This document shows, in pieces, positions 1 to 12,129 of a stretch of DNA of 64,000 nucleotides (position 1 is the stretch's first letter; each line of letters opens with the position of its first letter). A program made the translations under genes and the position numbers. The DNA comes from Squalus acanthias (lineage: Eukaryota): NCBI GenBank assembly GCA_030390025.1, contig CM059432.1, positions 89,652,001 to 89,716,000 of the forward strand, written 5' to 3'. The notes under the pieces were generated by a model. That model made no database searches. It was given only the letters and a program-made list of their open reading frames with translations, and was not told the origin of the DNA.

Positions 1-1554
1 GAGAAACAGCTGCTAATGACTTAATACTACGGTTCTGTTACTCTAATAAAATCCCACTTGCCTATCTTCAGAAAATTCTGATGAAATGAATCATCTCTGT
101 CTCAACATTTTCAGCTGTGTAAATGAGATTGCCCCTGCCCCTTCACTGTGGATTGTTGTGAGAGTATATTTGGAAAACATGTTCTGCAGAATATTCCCAT
201 TAAAAGGCTTCCCTTGTACTTCTCCTCTGATGTTGTTTGTACCGAGTCTGTCTGGATTGCCTCTATATAAAAGATAAAAGGATGCGGTTTTGTAAGAAGG
301 CCAGTTTGTAATCAGGAAACACTGATTATAGCTTCATGATGCTATTCATTGCCTTTGAGTGTTCCTTTTATTGTGGAGAATGTAAGATGCAACTTTTACA
401 CCAGCACAATTTGCATATGGATTCCTGCCAACAAGAACCTCCAGGAAAATTCAGAAATAGTCAGTGTCTGATGAGGGCTTCAAATAAGTGGCACTGAAGT
501 CCTCATGAGAACAAAAATAGGAAATGAGAACCACAAGATACTAACTGCAATCTTTTCTTGAGAAACTTTGTAGATACTACAGAGAAATGGTTTTATATTG
601 TCTTAACGTTTCAGCAGTACCATCATACATATGAGAGAATCAATATTATCAAAGAAGCAGAAATGAATATCTTGAGGTTAAAGAACATTTTCCCTTTACA
701 ATATCCATGGGATAGATCAGAACCAAGTCAGAAGTATAGCTATTAAAGAGGGTGTGTCATCCTCAAGACCCTGCTCATAACTCAAGTGGTTGAAAAGAAT
801 GATTAAGCTTTAACATCCTTTGGTGTCTCTTTTGTTCTATTTCAATTGATTTTTGTTTGAATATTTTGTATAAAATCAGAAATGCACTGCTCAAATTCCA
901 ATTCTAAAGATCAGTTCAAACCAGTTGATCTTCCTGAACTGGTATACACTGATTTTAACTGATAGCAATTGGAATTTAAAACGGGGTATTAATGAAATCA
1001 TTGGTTAACCTGGCTTTAAGGAGTTACCAAGCCAGGCAGTTTGAGAGATCTGTATAAATATCAGATCAATGGATATAATGATTTACACAGAATATTTCTG
1101 TGATTATATAATTTTAAATGTGTTTATTAATCCAATGCCATCCCACAATCAGAATCATTAACCTCTCTAGGCTAGTTCTCCAAACATATTATGTACTCAT
1201 TATTCAAATATATTTGTTTAATAAAAAATCAACAGAACTAAGCATAAAAATAACAGGAAAAATGTAAAACTTAATTTAAGTTCTTTCGAACATTTTCATA
1301 TTTAAACATGACACTCCTTATTAGAATAGTCAGACACAGTGGGCTCCTGCTCAATGTTTTCTGACATATTAAGTTCCCAACTTCAGCCAAATTCTTTCCC
1401 GTAAGAAGGCACAACCGTCAGACAAGTCATTCAGTGTCCTCCTATGCGCTTTCTACAGGTTCACGAACAGAGGTATCTTAACCAGAAATGGTATGCGAAA
1501 CCAGGTGACCTAGGAGTGATAAAAAGTAAACAAAGAAAAGGAATAAATTGATGA

Positions 1555-2247
1555 AGCTTTTCCCAACTAAATATAAATCAAATTAATTAAAAGTTTTGTA
1601 AGTCAGAGGGAGGGAGGGAAGCCTGGGGCAAGGAAGGCCCAAGGTGTCATTGTGGGGCCTGGAACCACATTCCTGCTCCTCTTGGCCCACAAGGAAACCT
1701 AAAAAAAATTTGAAATTCCTACTTTAGTCATTTTTCACTGGCATATCCAGCACTGAACATCACGGCAGTTAATACTGCGTCACAGTCTGAATTACATCAT
1801 CAAACCCTGACATTTAAATATTAACGAGACCGCTGCCTGTCCTGGCACTGCCAAAAACCTGAAATTAAAATGGTCACAGACACGATTGCATTGGGAATAC
1901 AGCAGGAAGTGCCCGACTGCCATTTTAAAAACCCACCCTGATCCCACCAGGCAGCCATGTTTAAAATAGGCCTTAATATACTTTGTCACACAACTATTAC
2001 ATTATACAGCAAAGTGACAGATGCCTTTCTCCTTAGCTATTCCCAACTAAATATAAATCAAATTAATTGGAAGTCTTGTAAGTCAGGGGGGAAGAGAGGG
2101 AAGCCTGGGGCAAGGAAGGCCCAAGGTGTCATTATGGGACCTGGAAATGCATTCCTGTTCCTCCTGGCCCACGAGGAAACCTTTTCTTTATATAAATCTC
2201 TCTTTTGTTGGCCACCTTTCACTAGCATATCCAGCACTGGATGTCAC
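1555..2247 (+). repeat. Local direct duplication, ~210 bp (1555-1763 vs 2035-2247, offset 480)
   Basis: Both copies contain TCCCAACTAAATATAAATCAAATTAATT...GCCTGGGGCAAGGAAGGCCCAAGGTGTCATT...GGCCCAC.AGGAAACCT and then TTCACT.GCATATCCAGCACTG. Confidence 0.9.
1600..1972. mobile_element. Remnant of a non-autonomous DNA transposon (MITE-like)
   Basis: The GCAAGGAAGGCC...CTCCT..GCCCAC block is also found inside the MITE at ~36005-36080; ATTTAAATATTAACGAG motif; ends in TTTAAAATAGGCC. Confidence 0.45.
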
Positions 2248-2285
2248 AGTATAACCTAGTGAGAAGTGAGAAAAGAGATGTAGGG

Positions 2286-3355
2286 GAGGAGAAACCTTTT
2301 AGTGCTTTTTTAATATTAGATGGCATGACAACAGGATGCAACTGGAGACAATTGTAATAAAGACAGATGTCTAACAAATTTGAGAGTGGTGGCTGATGCA
2401 AAGTCAAGAAAGAAATAAGTAAGTACAGAAATCACTAAAAGCTAGTGGACAGGTAGAAAAAATTATTTAAAAGGCTAATGGAATGTTAATCTTTATCTCA
2501 AAGGGGCTGGAATATAAATGGGTGGAAGTTGCGCTACAGTTATATAAAGCTCTGGTTAAGCCCCAGCGTACTGCTACAGTTCTGGGCACCGCACCTCAGG
2601 AAGGATATATTGGCCTTGGAGAGGCTGCAGCACTGATTCACCAGAATGATACCAGGGCTAAAATGGATAAATTATGAGGACAGGTTGCATAGAGTAGTCT
2701 TGTATTCCCTTAAGTATTGAAAATTATGGGGTGATCAAATTAAGTTGTTTAAGATGATTAAAGGATTTGATAAGGTAGATAGAGAGAAATTATTGCCTCT
2801 AGGGGTGGGAGTCCAGCACAAGGGGACATAACCTTAAAAATAGAGCTGGGCCATTCAGGGGTGATGTCAGGAACCACTTCTTCACACAAAAGGTTGTGGA
2901 AATCTGGAACTCTCTCCCCAATAAGCTGTTCAGGCTCAGTCAATCAACATTTTCAAAACAGATTGCTAGATTTTTATTAGGTAAGGGTATCAGAACCAAG
3001 GTGAGTAAATGGAGTTAAGATACAGATTAGCCACGATCTAATTGCATAGCGGAACAGGCTTGAGGACCTAAACGGCCTACTCCTGTTTCTATGTTCCTAT
3101 GTCATTGGTGAACCACGTTTGCTGAAGCTTTTAGTTATGTGAAATCTGAGACTTGCCCATTGATACCAAGCATAGTCTCTGCAATTAAGCTCTGGGAAAG
3201 GGTGCAAAGAGAAACCTTACTTATTTCTTTCTTGACTTCACTGCAGCCACCACTCTCAAATTTGTTAGACACCTGTCTTTATTACAATTGTCTCCAGCTG
3301 CATCCTGTTGTCATGCCATCTAATAGTAAGGCAAGCACTAAAAGGTTTCTCCTCC
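2286..3355. repeat. Inverted duplication, ~140-bp arms (2286-2424 and 3216-3355), flanking a CR1 fragment
   Basis: The reverse complement of 2286-2424 matches 3216-3355 closely; also visible as the near-identical peptide QPPLSNLLD.CLYYNCLQLHPVVMPSN in ORFs on opposite strands. Confidence 0.9.
2425..3102 (+). mobile_element. CR1 LINE, 5'-truncated 3' fragment (decayed)
   Basis: RT C-terminal remnants (FISKGLEYK, LQLYKALVKP), CR1 3' UTR and TTCTATGTTCCTATGT tail. Confidence 0.88.
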
Positions 3356-3784
3356 AGGTTGTGTTAGCAGCCCTCAGGCAATGACATTGTAACAGGGAGG
3401 AGTGGTGCTAGCTGCTGTAGCAGCTCCAACAGGCAAGTGCCATTAACATAATGATACATCATTTTACATGTAAAGGAAGCCAGAGTTTAGGCATCAGTGT
3501 CAACAAAATGATTAAAGTCACAATTTCCTTCTGGTGGTGCTGAGACAAGCTGCCAAAGAAACTGACTGTGAACCCGGTGCAGATATAAATGGAGTCACAG
3601 TTCCAAAACCTGCATTCATTTACAGTTAAATCCAGAAGTGATATAATCAGGGCATCTTGTCACCATTTAAAAAAAACAGCACAGCAATTAGTAAAAATTG
3701 ACAAAAAATATTGGTGGGGGAGAGTGGGAGGATAATCTCTCTGACATAGTGTTAGCTGTGATCACAAGAGATTGAAGAACCTTA

Positions 3785-4016
3785 AAAAAAGACTTGCATT
3801 TATATAGCGCCTTTCACGACCACTGGACGTCCCAAAGCACTTTATAACCAATGAAGTGCTTTTTTTTGAAGTGTAATCACTGTTGTAATGTAGGAAACAT
3901 GGCAGCCAATTTGCACACAGCAAGCTCCCACAAACAGCAATGTGATAATGACCAGATAATCTGTTTTAATGATGTTGATTGAGGGATAAATATTGGCCAG
4001 GACACCTGGAATAACT
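3785..4016 (-). mobile_element. Deu-domain-type SINE 3' portion (SacSINE1-like) with L2-like tail
   Basis: CTTGCATTTATATAGCGCCTTT tail is shared with the L2 ends in this window; the body matches SINE copies at ~21060 and ~46870. Confidence 0.75.
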
Positions 4017-4471
4017 CCTCTACCACCCCCAGCACCCCTTCCCCTTCGCCCGGCACCTTCCCATGCAAGCGCAGGAGATGCAACACATGCCCTTATACCT
4101 CCCCTCTTCCCACTGTCCAGGGCCCCAAACACCCCTTCCAGGTGAAACAGCGATTTACTTGTACTTCCTGCAATTTAGTATACTGTATTCGCTGCTCACG
4201 ATGTGGTCTACTCTATATTGGGGAGACAAAACGCAGATTGGGTGACCGCTTTGCGGAACATCTCCGTTCAGTCCGTAAGGGGGACCCCGAGCTCCCGGTC
4301 GCTTGTCACTTTAATTCACCACTTCACTCCCACTCTGACCTCACCGTCCTCGGCCTATTACACTGTTCCACGGAAGCGCAGCGTAAGCTCGAGGAACAGC
4401 ACCTCATCTTTCGTTTAGGCACGCTACAGCCCTCTGGACTCAATATCGAGTTCAAAAATTTTAGATCATAA
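4017..4471 (+). pseudogene. Penelope-like element, C-terminal GIY-YIG endonuclease fragment (5'-truncated)
   Basis: Open frame PGTFPCKRRRCNTC...CTSCNLVYCIRCSRCGLLYIGETKRRLGDRFAEH...LEEQHLIFRLGTLQPSGLN, typical of the PLE Cys-rich plus GIY-YIG region. Confidence 0.92.
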
Positions 4472-4519
4472 CCTTAGCCCCAATCACATTTATATTTTAT
4501 TTTTTCATCCACCCTTTTA

Positions 4520-5280
4520 TTTGCCCCCCCCTTTCCCACCCACCCCCCCTTCCCCCCCCCCTTCCCCCCCCCCTTCCCCCCCCCTTACTTCCCCCCCCCC
4601 TTTCCCCCCCCCCTTACTTCCCCCCCCCTTTCCCCCCCCCTTTCCCCCCCACTTCCCCCCCCCTTTCCCCCCCACTTCTCCCCCCCCACTTCCCCCCCCT
4701 TCCCTTTCCCCCCCTTCGCCCCCCTCTCCCCCCCCCTCCCTCTCCCCCCCGCTTTCCCTTTCCCCCCCTTCGCCCCCCTCTCCCCCACCCCCCCCTCTCC
4801 CCCCCTCCCCCCCCTCTCCCCCCCCCCCCCCCCCCCCCCCCACCCCCCCTCTCACCCCCCCCACCCCCCCTCTCACCCCCCCCCCCACCCCCCCTCTCAC
4901 CCCCCCCCCCACCCCCCCTCTCCCCCCCCCCCCCAGCCCCCCTCTCCCCCCCCCACCCCCCCCTCTCCCCCCCCCCACCCCCCCCTCTCCCCCCCCCACC
5001 CCCCCCTCTCCCCCCCCCACCCCCCCCTCCACCCCCCCCTCTCCCCCCCCCCTCTCCCCCCCCCTCCCCCCTTTCCCCCCCCCCTTTCCCCCCCCCACTT
5101 CCCCCCCCCACTTCCCCCCCCCACTTCCCCCCCCCCCCACTCCCCCCCCCACCCCCCACTTCCCCACCCCCACTTCCCCCCCTTTCCCCCCCCCGCTTTC
5201 CCTCCTTTCCCCCCCGCTTTCCCTTTCCCCCCCCCTTCGCCCCCCTCTCCCCCACCCCCCCCCTCCCCCACCCCCCCACC
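4520..5280. repeat. C-rich polypyrimidine low-complexity tract (~760 bp)
   Basis: Runs of C separated by T/A; recurrent sub-motifs CACTTCCCC, CTCTCCCC and GCTTTCCCTTTCCCC..TTCGCCCC. Confidence 0.95.
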
Positions 5281-6819
5281 ACTGGAAATAGTGGATGCAT
5301 TGGTTTTTATCTTCCAAAATTCTATAGATTATGGAACAGTTCCTGCAGATTGGAGGGTGGCAAATGTAACCCCACTATTTAAAAAAGGAGAGAGAGAGAA
5401 AACCGGGAACCACAGACCGGTTAGCCTAACATCAGTAGTAGGGAAAATGCTAGAGTCTATTATAAAGGATGTGATAACAGGACACTTAGAAAATATCAGT
5501 GGGATTAGACAAAGTCAACGTGGATTTATGAAAGGGAAATCGTGTTTGACAAACCTACTGGAGTTTTTTGAGGATGTAACTGGTAGAATAGATAAGGGAG
5601 AACCAGTGGATGTGGTGTATTTGGATTTTCAGAAGGCCTTTGATAAAGTCCCACATAAGAGGTTAGTGTGCAAAATTAAAGCACATGGGATTGGAGGTAA
5701 TATACTGGCATGGATTGAAAATTGGTTAACAGACAGGAAACAAAGAGTAGGAATAAATGGATCTTTTTCGGGGTGGCAGGCGGTGACTAGTGGGGTACCG
5801 CAGGGATCAGTGCTTGGGCCCCAGCTATTCACAATATATATCAATGGTTTGGATGAGGGAACGAAATGTAATATTTCCAAGTTTGCTGACGGCACGAAAC
5901 TAGGTGGGATTGTGAGTTGTGAGGAGGATGCAAAGAGGCTTCAAGGTGATTTAGACAAGTTGAGTGAGTGGGCAAATACATGGCAGATGCAGTATAACGT
6001 GGATAAATGTGAAGTTATCCACTTCGGTAGGAAAAACAGAAAGGCAGAGTATTATTTCAATGGTTATAGATTGGGAAATGTTGATGTATAAAGGGACCTG
6101 GGTGTCCTTGTACACCAGTCACTGAAAGCAAACATGCAGGTGCAGCAAGCAATTAGGAATGCAAATGGTATGTTGGCCTTCATTGCAAGAGGATTCGAGT
6201 ACAGGAGCAAGGATGTCTTACTACAGTTATACAGGGCCTTGGTGAGACCACACCTGGAGTACTGTGTGAAGTTTTGGTCTCCTTACCTAAGAAAGGATAT
6301 ACTTGCCATAGAGGGAATGCAGCGAAGGTTCACCAGACTGATTCCTGGGATGGCAGGACTGTTGTATGAGGAGAGATTGGGTTGACTAGGCCTGTATTCA
6401 CTAGAGTTTAAAAGAATGAGAGGGGATCTCATTGAAACGTATAAAATTCTGACAGGGCTAGACAGACTGGATGCAGGGAGGATGTTTCCCCTGGCTGGGG
6501 TGTCTAGAACGAGATGTCACAGTCTCAGGATACGGGGTAGGACATTTAGGACTGAGATGAGGAGAAATTTCTTCACTCAGAGGGTGGTGAACCTATGGAA
6601 TTCTCTACCACAGAAGGCTGTGGAGGCCAAGTCACTGAATATATTTAAGAAGGAGATAGATAGATTTCTAGATGCAAAGGGCGTCAAGGGGTATGGGGAG
6701 AGAGCGGGAATATGGTATTGAGATAGAGGATCAGTCATGATCATATTGAATGGCGGAGCAGGCTTGAAGGGCCGAATGGCCTACTCCTGCTCCTATTTTT
6801 CTATGGTTCTATGTTTCTA
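5281..6819 (+). mobile_element. CR1 LINE copy A, 5'-truncated (RT domain and 3' UTR), disrupted
   Basis: RT motifs YLDFQKAFDKVPH, GVPQGSVLGP and FADG(D); in-frame stops; TTCTATG-type tail. Confidence 0.97.
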
Positions 6820-7599
6820 ATTTTTCATGCACAAGGCGATTGTCATTTTGCCTGATTCTTCATCACAATGTGCATTTATACCTCTGATATAAATACCACA
6901 GACTGATTGTAAGTAAGTGCCTGTACTGTGATTGAATTTGTTCTTTACTTTGGTGCCCATTCAAGCAGTGTCCATTTTCTTACAAAATATGGTAAAGTGC
7001 AGGGATCCCATCATACACAAGATGTTCCCTTCATCCAATCTTTAGTATTAAGCAAATACCATTAAAAGGACTGTACTGATTGAGCTCCACAGTGCAGCAT
7101 TATGCTGTTCTGACATGCAGTGCTACAGAATTGTGGAATATGAAGCTGGGCTTGTGATTTTCCTATGATGAATCCTGTTATCTGGGTAGCAAGGGAAAAT
7201 CAGAGGGCACGTCACTCACATTCGGTCACTGTTACACACCTTCCAGTGGGCAGTTACAAAGCAGAATTGGGAAAGGCTGGGGACCAAATCAGCTGGCAAC
7301 CTTTTTAACTGTGGATAGTACTTGGTGGGAGGAAGCCTATAAAAGGAAAAGAGAAAACATAAAATTAAAAACTAATGAAAAAGATTTTGTATTCGTAGAG
7401 TGGTAAAGCAGTTAGTATTTAACGCTATGCTATATTGTGGTTTGATTTGTGTTCATGCCTGCGATTTTGCAGATGCTGAGTTCCTGAACCAAAGTAGAAC
7501 CTTAGTCATGTGATGAGATGAGCTCTTCCTGCTTGGGAAGGATGGAAACCAGAAGAGAGAAGAAAATTGTGGCATTTATATTCAGCTCCGATGTATATT

Positions 7600-8050
7600 A
7601 ACAACAACAACTTGTATTTATATAGCGCCTTTAGCGTAGTAAAACGTCCCAAGGCGCTTCACAGGAGTATTGTAAGACCAAAAGCTTGGTCAAAGAGGTA
7701 GGTTTTAAGGAGCGTCTTAAAGGAGGAAAGAGTGGTAACGAGGCGGAGCGGTTTAGGCAGAGAATTCCAGAGCTTAGGGCCTAGGCAACAGAAGGCACAG
7801 CCACCAAAGGTTGAGCGATTATAATCAGGGATGCTCAAGAGGGCAGAATTAGAGGAGCGCAGATATTTCGGGAATTTGTAGGGCTGAAGGAGATTACAGA
7901 GATAGGAAGGGGTGAGGCCTTGGAAGGATTTGAAAACAAGGATGAGAATTTTGAAATCGAGGCGTTGCTTCACCGGGAGCCAATGTAGGTCAGCGAGCAC
8001 AGGGGTGATGGGTGAACGGGACTTGGTGCGAGTTAGGACATGGGCAGCCA
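7600..8050 (-). mobile_element. L2 LINE 3' fragment
   Basis: ORF 7659-8051 has PITPVLADLHWLPVKQRLDFKIL...PKLWNSLP...FKTLLKTYLF (L2 ORF2 C-terminus); (TTG)n tail. Confidence 0.92.
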
Positions 8051-8336
8051 ATTAAATTTGTAATCACACATTTTTCAAGTATTTCTGCTCCATATACCCT
8101 TCCACAGAAAAGACAGCTGCCAACAAAATTCTGCTAATGCTGCTCTCTAACTGGCATGGAATTTGAAGAGGCTGGCTGGCTCCAGGTAGGTAGGCCTACG
8201 GCACTAGGCCGCAGAGAGAAGGGAGGGTGGGGTCGTGTGGGGGCCGGGGTCGCAGCACGGGGGTGGGGGGTTGGGAGGGGTGGGGTGTAGGGCGGGTGTC
8301 TCAACAGGATCGCGGGCTGAGATGAGCAAAGGTGGG

Positions 8337-8640
8337 TGTCTGCAGAAGATCGCAGGCCGGGAGGAGGGGGGCTGTCTGCAGAAGATCGCAGGCCGGGAGG
8401 AGGGGGGCTGTCTGCAGAAGATCGCAGGCCAGGAGTAGGGGGGCTGTCTGCAGAAGATCGCAGGCCGGGAGATGGGGGGGTGTCTGCAGAAGATCGCAGG
8501 CCGGGAGGAGGGGGTCTGTCTGCAGAAGAACTCAGGCCGGGAGGAGGGGGGCTGTCTGCAGAAGATCACAGGCCGGGAGATGGGGGGGTATCTGCAGAAG
8601 ATCGCAGGCCGGGAGGAGCGGGTGGATCTGCAGAAGATCA
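8337..8640 (+). repeat. 36-bp minisatellite, ~8.5 copies
   Basis: Unit TGTCTGCAGAAGATCGCAGGCCGGGAGGAGGGGGGC. Confidence 0.95.
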
Positions 8641-9042
8641 GGGACAATGGACCACCAGGCAGCTGGAGCAGCACGGGGAGGGGCGGGGGGTGCTGGTTCT
8701 CAACAGGATTGCGGGCCGGGAGGAGCAGGGTGCGGGGTTTGAGGGATTGGGGGTTGGGAGCAGCACAGGGAAGGCCGGAGGAGTGGGGGGGGAGGCCTCG
8801 TGGAGGCATCAGAGGCCTGGGGGGAGGGGGGATCGGAGGCCTCGTGGGGGGTCTCCAATTGCGGAGGGTGTGTTAGGCAGGGTCCCTGGATCCACGGGGT
8901 AAGTGTAAAGGCACTTATCTCCTGGATGCAGCAGTCCTCGCCTTGCTGTAGCTGCCGGGTTTTACGAGTTGTGTTACACGCAACCAGCTACAGTAAAACA
9001 CAAAATGGAGGTTAAAGAAGAGGCTTCCAGCCTCATTACAAT

Positions 9043-10284
9043 CATAGAAAGTTACAGCACGGAAGGAGGCCATTTCGGCCCATCGTGTCTGCGCCGGCCA
9101 ACAAAGAGCTATCCAGTCTAATCCCACTTCCCAGCTCTTGGTCCGTAGCCCTGCAGGTTAGAGCATCCCAAGTGCACATCCAAGTACTTTTTAAATGTGG
9201 TTAGGGTTCCTGCCTCTACCACCCTTTCAGGCAGTGAGTTCCAGACCCCCACAACCCTCTGGGTGAAGAAATTTCCCCTCAAATCCCCTCTAAACCCTCC
9301 ACCAATTACTTTAAATCTGTGCCCCCTGGTTTTTGACCCCTCTGCTAAGGGAAATAGGTCTTTTCTATCCACTTTATCTAGGCCCCTCATAATTTTATAC
9401 ACCTCAATAAGGTCTCCCCTCAGCCTCCTCTGTTCCAAGGAAAACAGACCCAGCCTATCCAGTCTTTCCTCATAGCTAAGATTCTCTATTCCCGGCAACA
9501 TCCTTGTAAATCCCCTCTGTACCCTCTCTACTGCAATCACATCTTTCCTGTAATGTGGTGACCAGAACTGTATGCAGTACTCTAGCTGAGGCCTAACTAG
9601 TGTTTTATACAGTTGAAGCATAACCCCCCCTGCTCTTGTATTCTATGCCACGGCTAATAAAGGCAAGCATTCCGTATGCCTTCTTAACCACCTTATCTAC
9701 ATGGCCTGCTACCTTCAGGGATCTGTGGACATGCACTCCAAGGTCCCTTTGTTCCTCTACACAACTCAGTGTCCTACCATTTAATGTGTATTCCCTTTCC
9801 TTGTTAGCCCTCCCCAAATGCATTACCTCACACTTCTCCAGATTGAATTCCATTTGCCACTGTTCTGCCTACCTGACCAATTTATTGATATTTTCCTGCA
9901 GTCTACAGCTTCCTTCTTCAGTATCAACCACACAGCCAATTTTAGTATCATCTGCAAACTTCTTAATCATACCCCCTATATTCAAGTCTAGATCATTGAT
10001 GTATACCACAAAAAGCAAGGGACCTAGTACTGAGCCGGGCGGAACCCCACTGGAAACAGCCTTCCAGTCACAAAAACACCCATCAACCATTACCCTCTGC
10101 TTCCTGCCTCCGAACCAGTTTTGAATCCAACTTGACACTTTGCCTTGGATCCCATGGGCTTTTAACTTCGTGACCAGTCTGCAATGGGGAGCCTTGCTAA
10201 AGTCCATATACATTACATCAAACGCACTACCCTCATTTACCCTCCTTGTTACCTCCTCAAAAAATTCAATCAAGTTTGTCAGAC
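9043..10284 (-). mobile_element. CR1 LINE copy D, 5'-truncated; apparent TSD ACAAT
   Basis: RT ORFs 9869-10288, 9605-9853 and 9118-9621; same subfamily as the full-length copy at 31700; ACAAT at 9038-9042 and 10285-10289. Confidence 0.96.
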
Positions 10285-11340
10285 ACAATATTTAAATAGA
10301 CCGCCCGCCTCCTGGCAGCAGGTTGGCTGCCTGCCCCCGTCCTGCCTCCCATCCCGCCTCCGTTAAAACCGGAAGTGGGCGGGTTCAGGTCGGGATTCAC
10401 ATTTTTAACACTTTAACTACCCCACGCTCCCAACCCACCCTTTTATAATTCCCCCCAAAAAACACTTGAACCAGGAAGCAATTTCCTCTGCTATGTGTAA
10501 AGAAAAACCATAAACCCATTTATAAAGAAGCACAAACACAAAGATCTTTCCCCCATGTTTCAAAACACTGTTACACAGCAAATAATGGTACATGAAAAAT
10601 AGGTAGGGAGTGTTAGAAAATGTTATTTGTACTGGTCTAACTTAACACCAGCGCTCACCTTCATTCGTCTTTGAACAGACTGCAGTGCCCTACTCAAATC
10701 CATTCCCAAAAATCAGCACTTTTCTTTTCCCATTGGAACAAAAGAAAGTCACCAATGCAGTAAATTGGTTCCCAACAAATATTCCCTTTAAACAGACACT
10801 CTTATTAGCAGGCTGCCTGTTGACTGGCCTGTACTGTGCCATAGTGTTAACACAGAGATTTGTATCCATTGTGTTGATGTAGCCCATGGCTACTGACCAC
10901 CCTGTAGTAACTGCGCCCAGTGAAAACTGCTAAAGGATTTTTGCTTCTCCCATCAATCGCAGTCAGATTTACTTTAAAGTATTAATTTATTAATACCCAA
11001 TATAAGTAAACCGAAATATATTAATTATTTTGTTCAAATAACTATCTTTTTGTTTTACATTAATTTGAATAAATGCAACTTGTATAATATTTTCCTGATA
11101 TATTGCTGCCTTATACATAATCCTTGCAGCCTGCCACTCATATGTAATGCTAGCCAGGTGAGAGTGTTGACTTCATGGGCTAGAAATTCGGCTCCATGGT
11201 GCCCGATATTTTGGCGCTACGGGTGCCATTTTGTGACAAAAATGGCATCCACGCACGCACACTTCTGGTGCGTGCCGCGTCGGCACCACCTTGGTGAGGG
11301 CGTTAGCGTCGGCACAGGGAGTGTGTGCCAGAAGTATTTA

Positions 11341-12099
11341 GGGGGAAATATTCGGTTGATTTGCGCCTCCCGCTAACACCCTAAGAGGGTGCTAACGGGG
11401 CGCAAAGCAACTAGCGCCTGGGCGCGGCGCCGCCAACACCTCCCACGAAATTTAGCAGGAGGTTAGCGGCGGCGGAAACCGTTAGCGCCCCACGGTTCTG
11501 CACCGCCAGCGATGACGTCATCGCCATGCGCAGCGCCCCGGCCGCGATCTTCGGTAGTGTCCCTTGGCTTACCGCCGGACGCTTTGTCCGATGGGGTCAA
11601 GGGGGCCTAACTGCAGCCGGGGCAGCGCAAATTAAAGGGGAGGTACCAGGCGGCCATTTTTGTTGCTGGCCACCTGCCAGCACCTGCCCCCGTTGCTGTC
11701 CCCGGCCTTCTGTGCAGCCCCCCGCAGAGTGCCAGCTGCGGTCCGTGAGCCCCGCACTTCTCTGGAGTGCCGGGCTGTTCTGCCGGCACTCCGATCCCTG
11801 GTGGCCCAGCTGGGCTCCGGGTTGCGCTGCGCTAGGCCCCTCCCCTTTAATAAGGGAAGGAAGGCCTGCAGTACCACAGCGTGACGGGCTGCAGTGCATG
11901 GCGCTGCAGCGCGTAGCGCCATGATATTCACTCGCAGCACCCCAAAAGGGAGGCGGGGAGTTTCCAGTAGCGCCCCGCCTCCCTCTTGTGGCACTACCAT
12001 TGAATTTTGGGCGCAGGGGGCGCTAATTTTTCCGGGGCGCTACTTTTAGCGCCCTGGCGAAGTTAGCACCCCAAAGGGGGTGTGACCCAATTTTCCCCC
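11341..12099. mobile_element. Harbinger-type MITE (759 bp), TSD TTA, nested in H1
   Basis: GGGGGAAATATT ... AATTTTCCCCC, with TTA at 11338-11340 and 12100-12102; many TAGCGCC/GGCGCTA subterminal motifs; CpG-rich. Confidence 0.9.
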
Positions 12100-12129
12100 T
12101 TAGAGTATGCAGACCATGACGTCAATCCG

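Larger units (their letters stand above)
8160..10456. mobile_element. GC-rich non-autonomous DNA element, copy 1, split by a CR1
   Basis: 8860-9042 plus 10290-10340 align with 48345-48550 plus 48901-48950 (TAAGTGTAAAGGCACTTA.CTCCTGGAT..AGCA.TCCTCGCCTTGCT; ATTTAAAT...GCCTCCTGG); outer boundaries uncertain. Confidence 0.6.

Noticed and set aside
4517-5317. Long poly-Pro and poly-Gly ORFs (extensin- or formin-like)
   Set aside because: By-product of a C-rich tract that lacks stop codons; open in many frames, with no gene context.
5629-5895. Recurrent antisense ORF (SANLEIL...GTLSKAF), also at 26232 and 28838, with related ones at 9636 and 34885
   Set aside because: Shadow frames of the CR1 RT coding strand; they recur because the LINE recurs.
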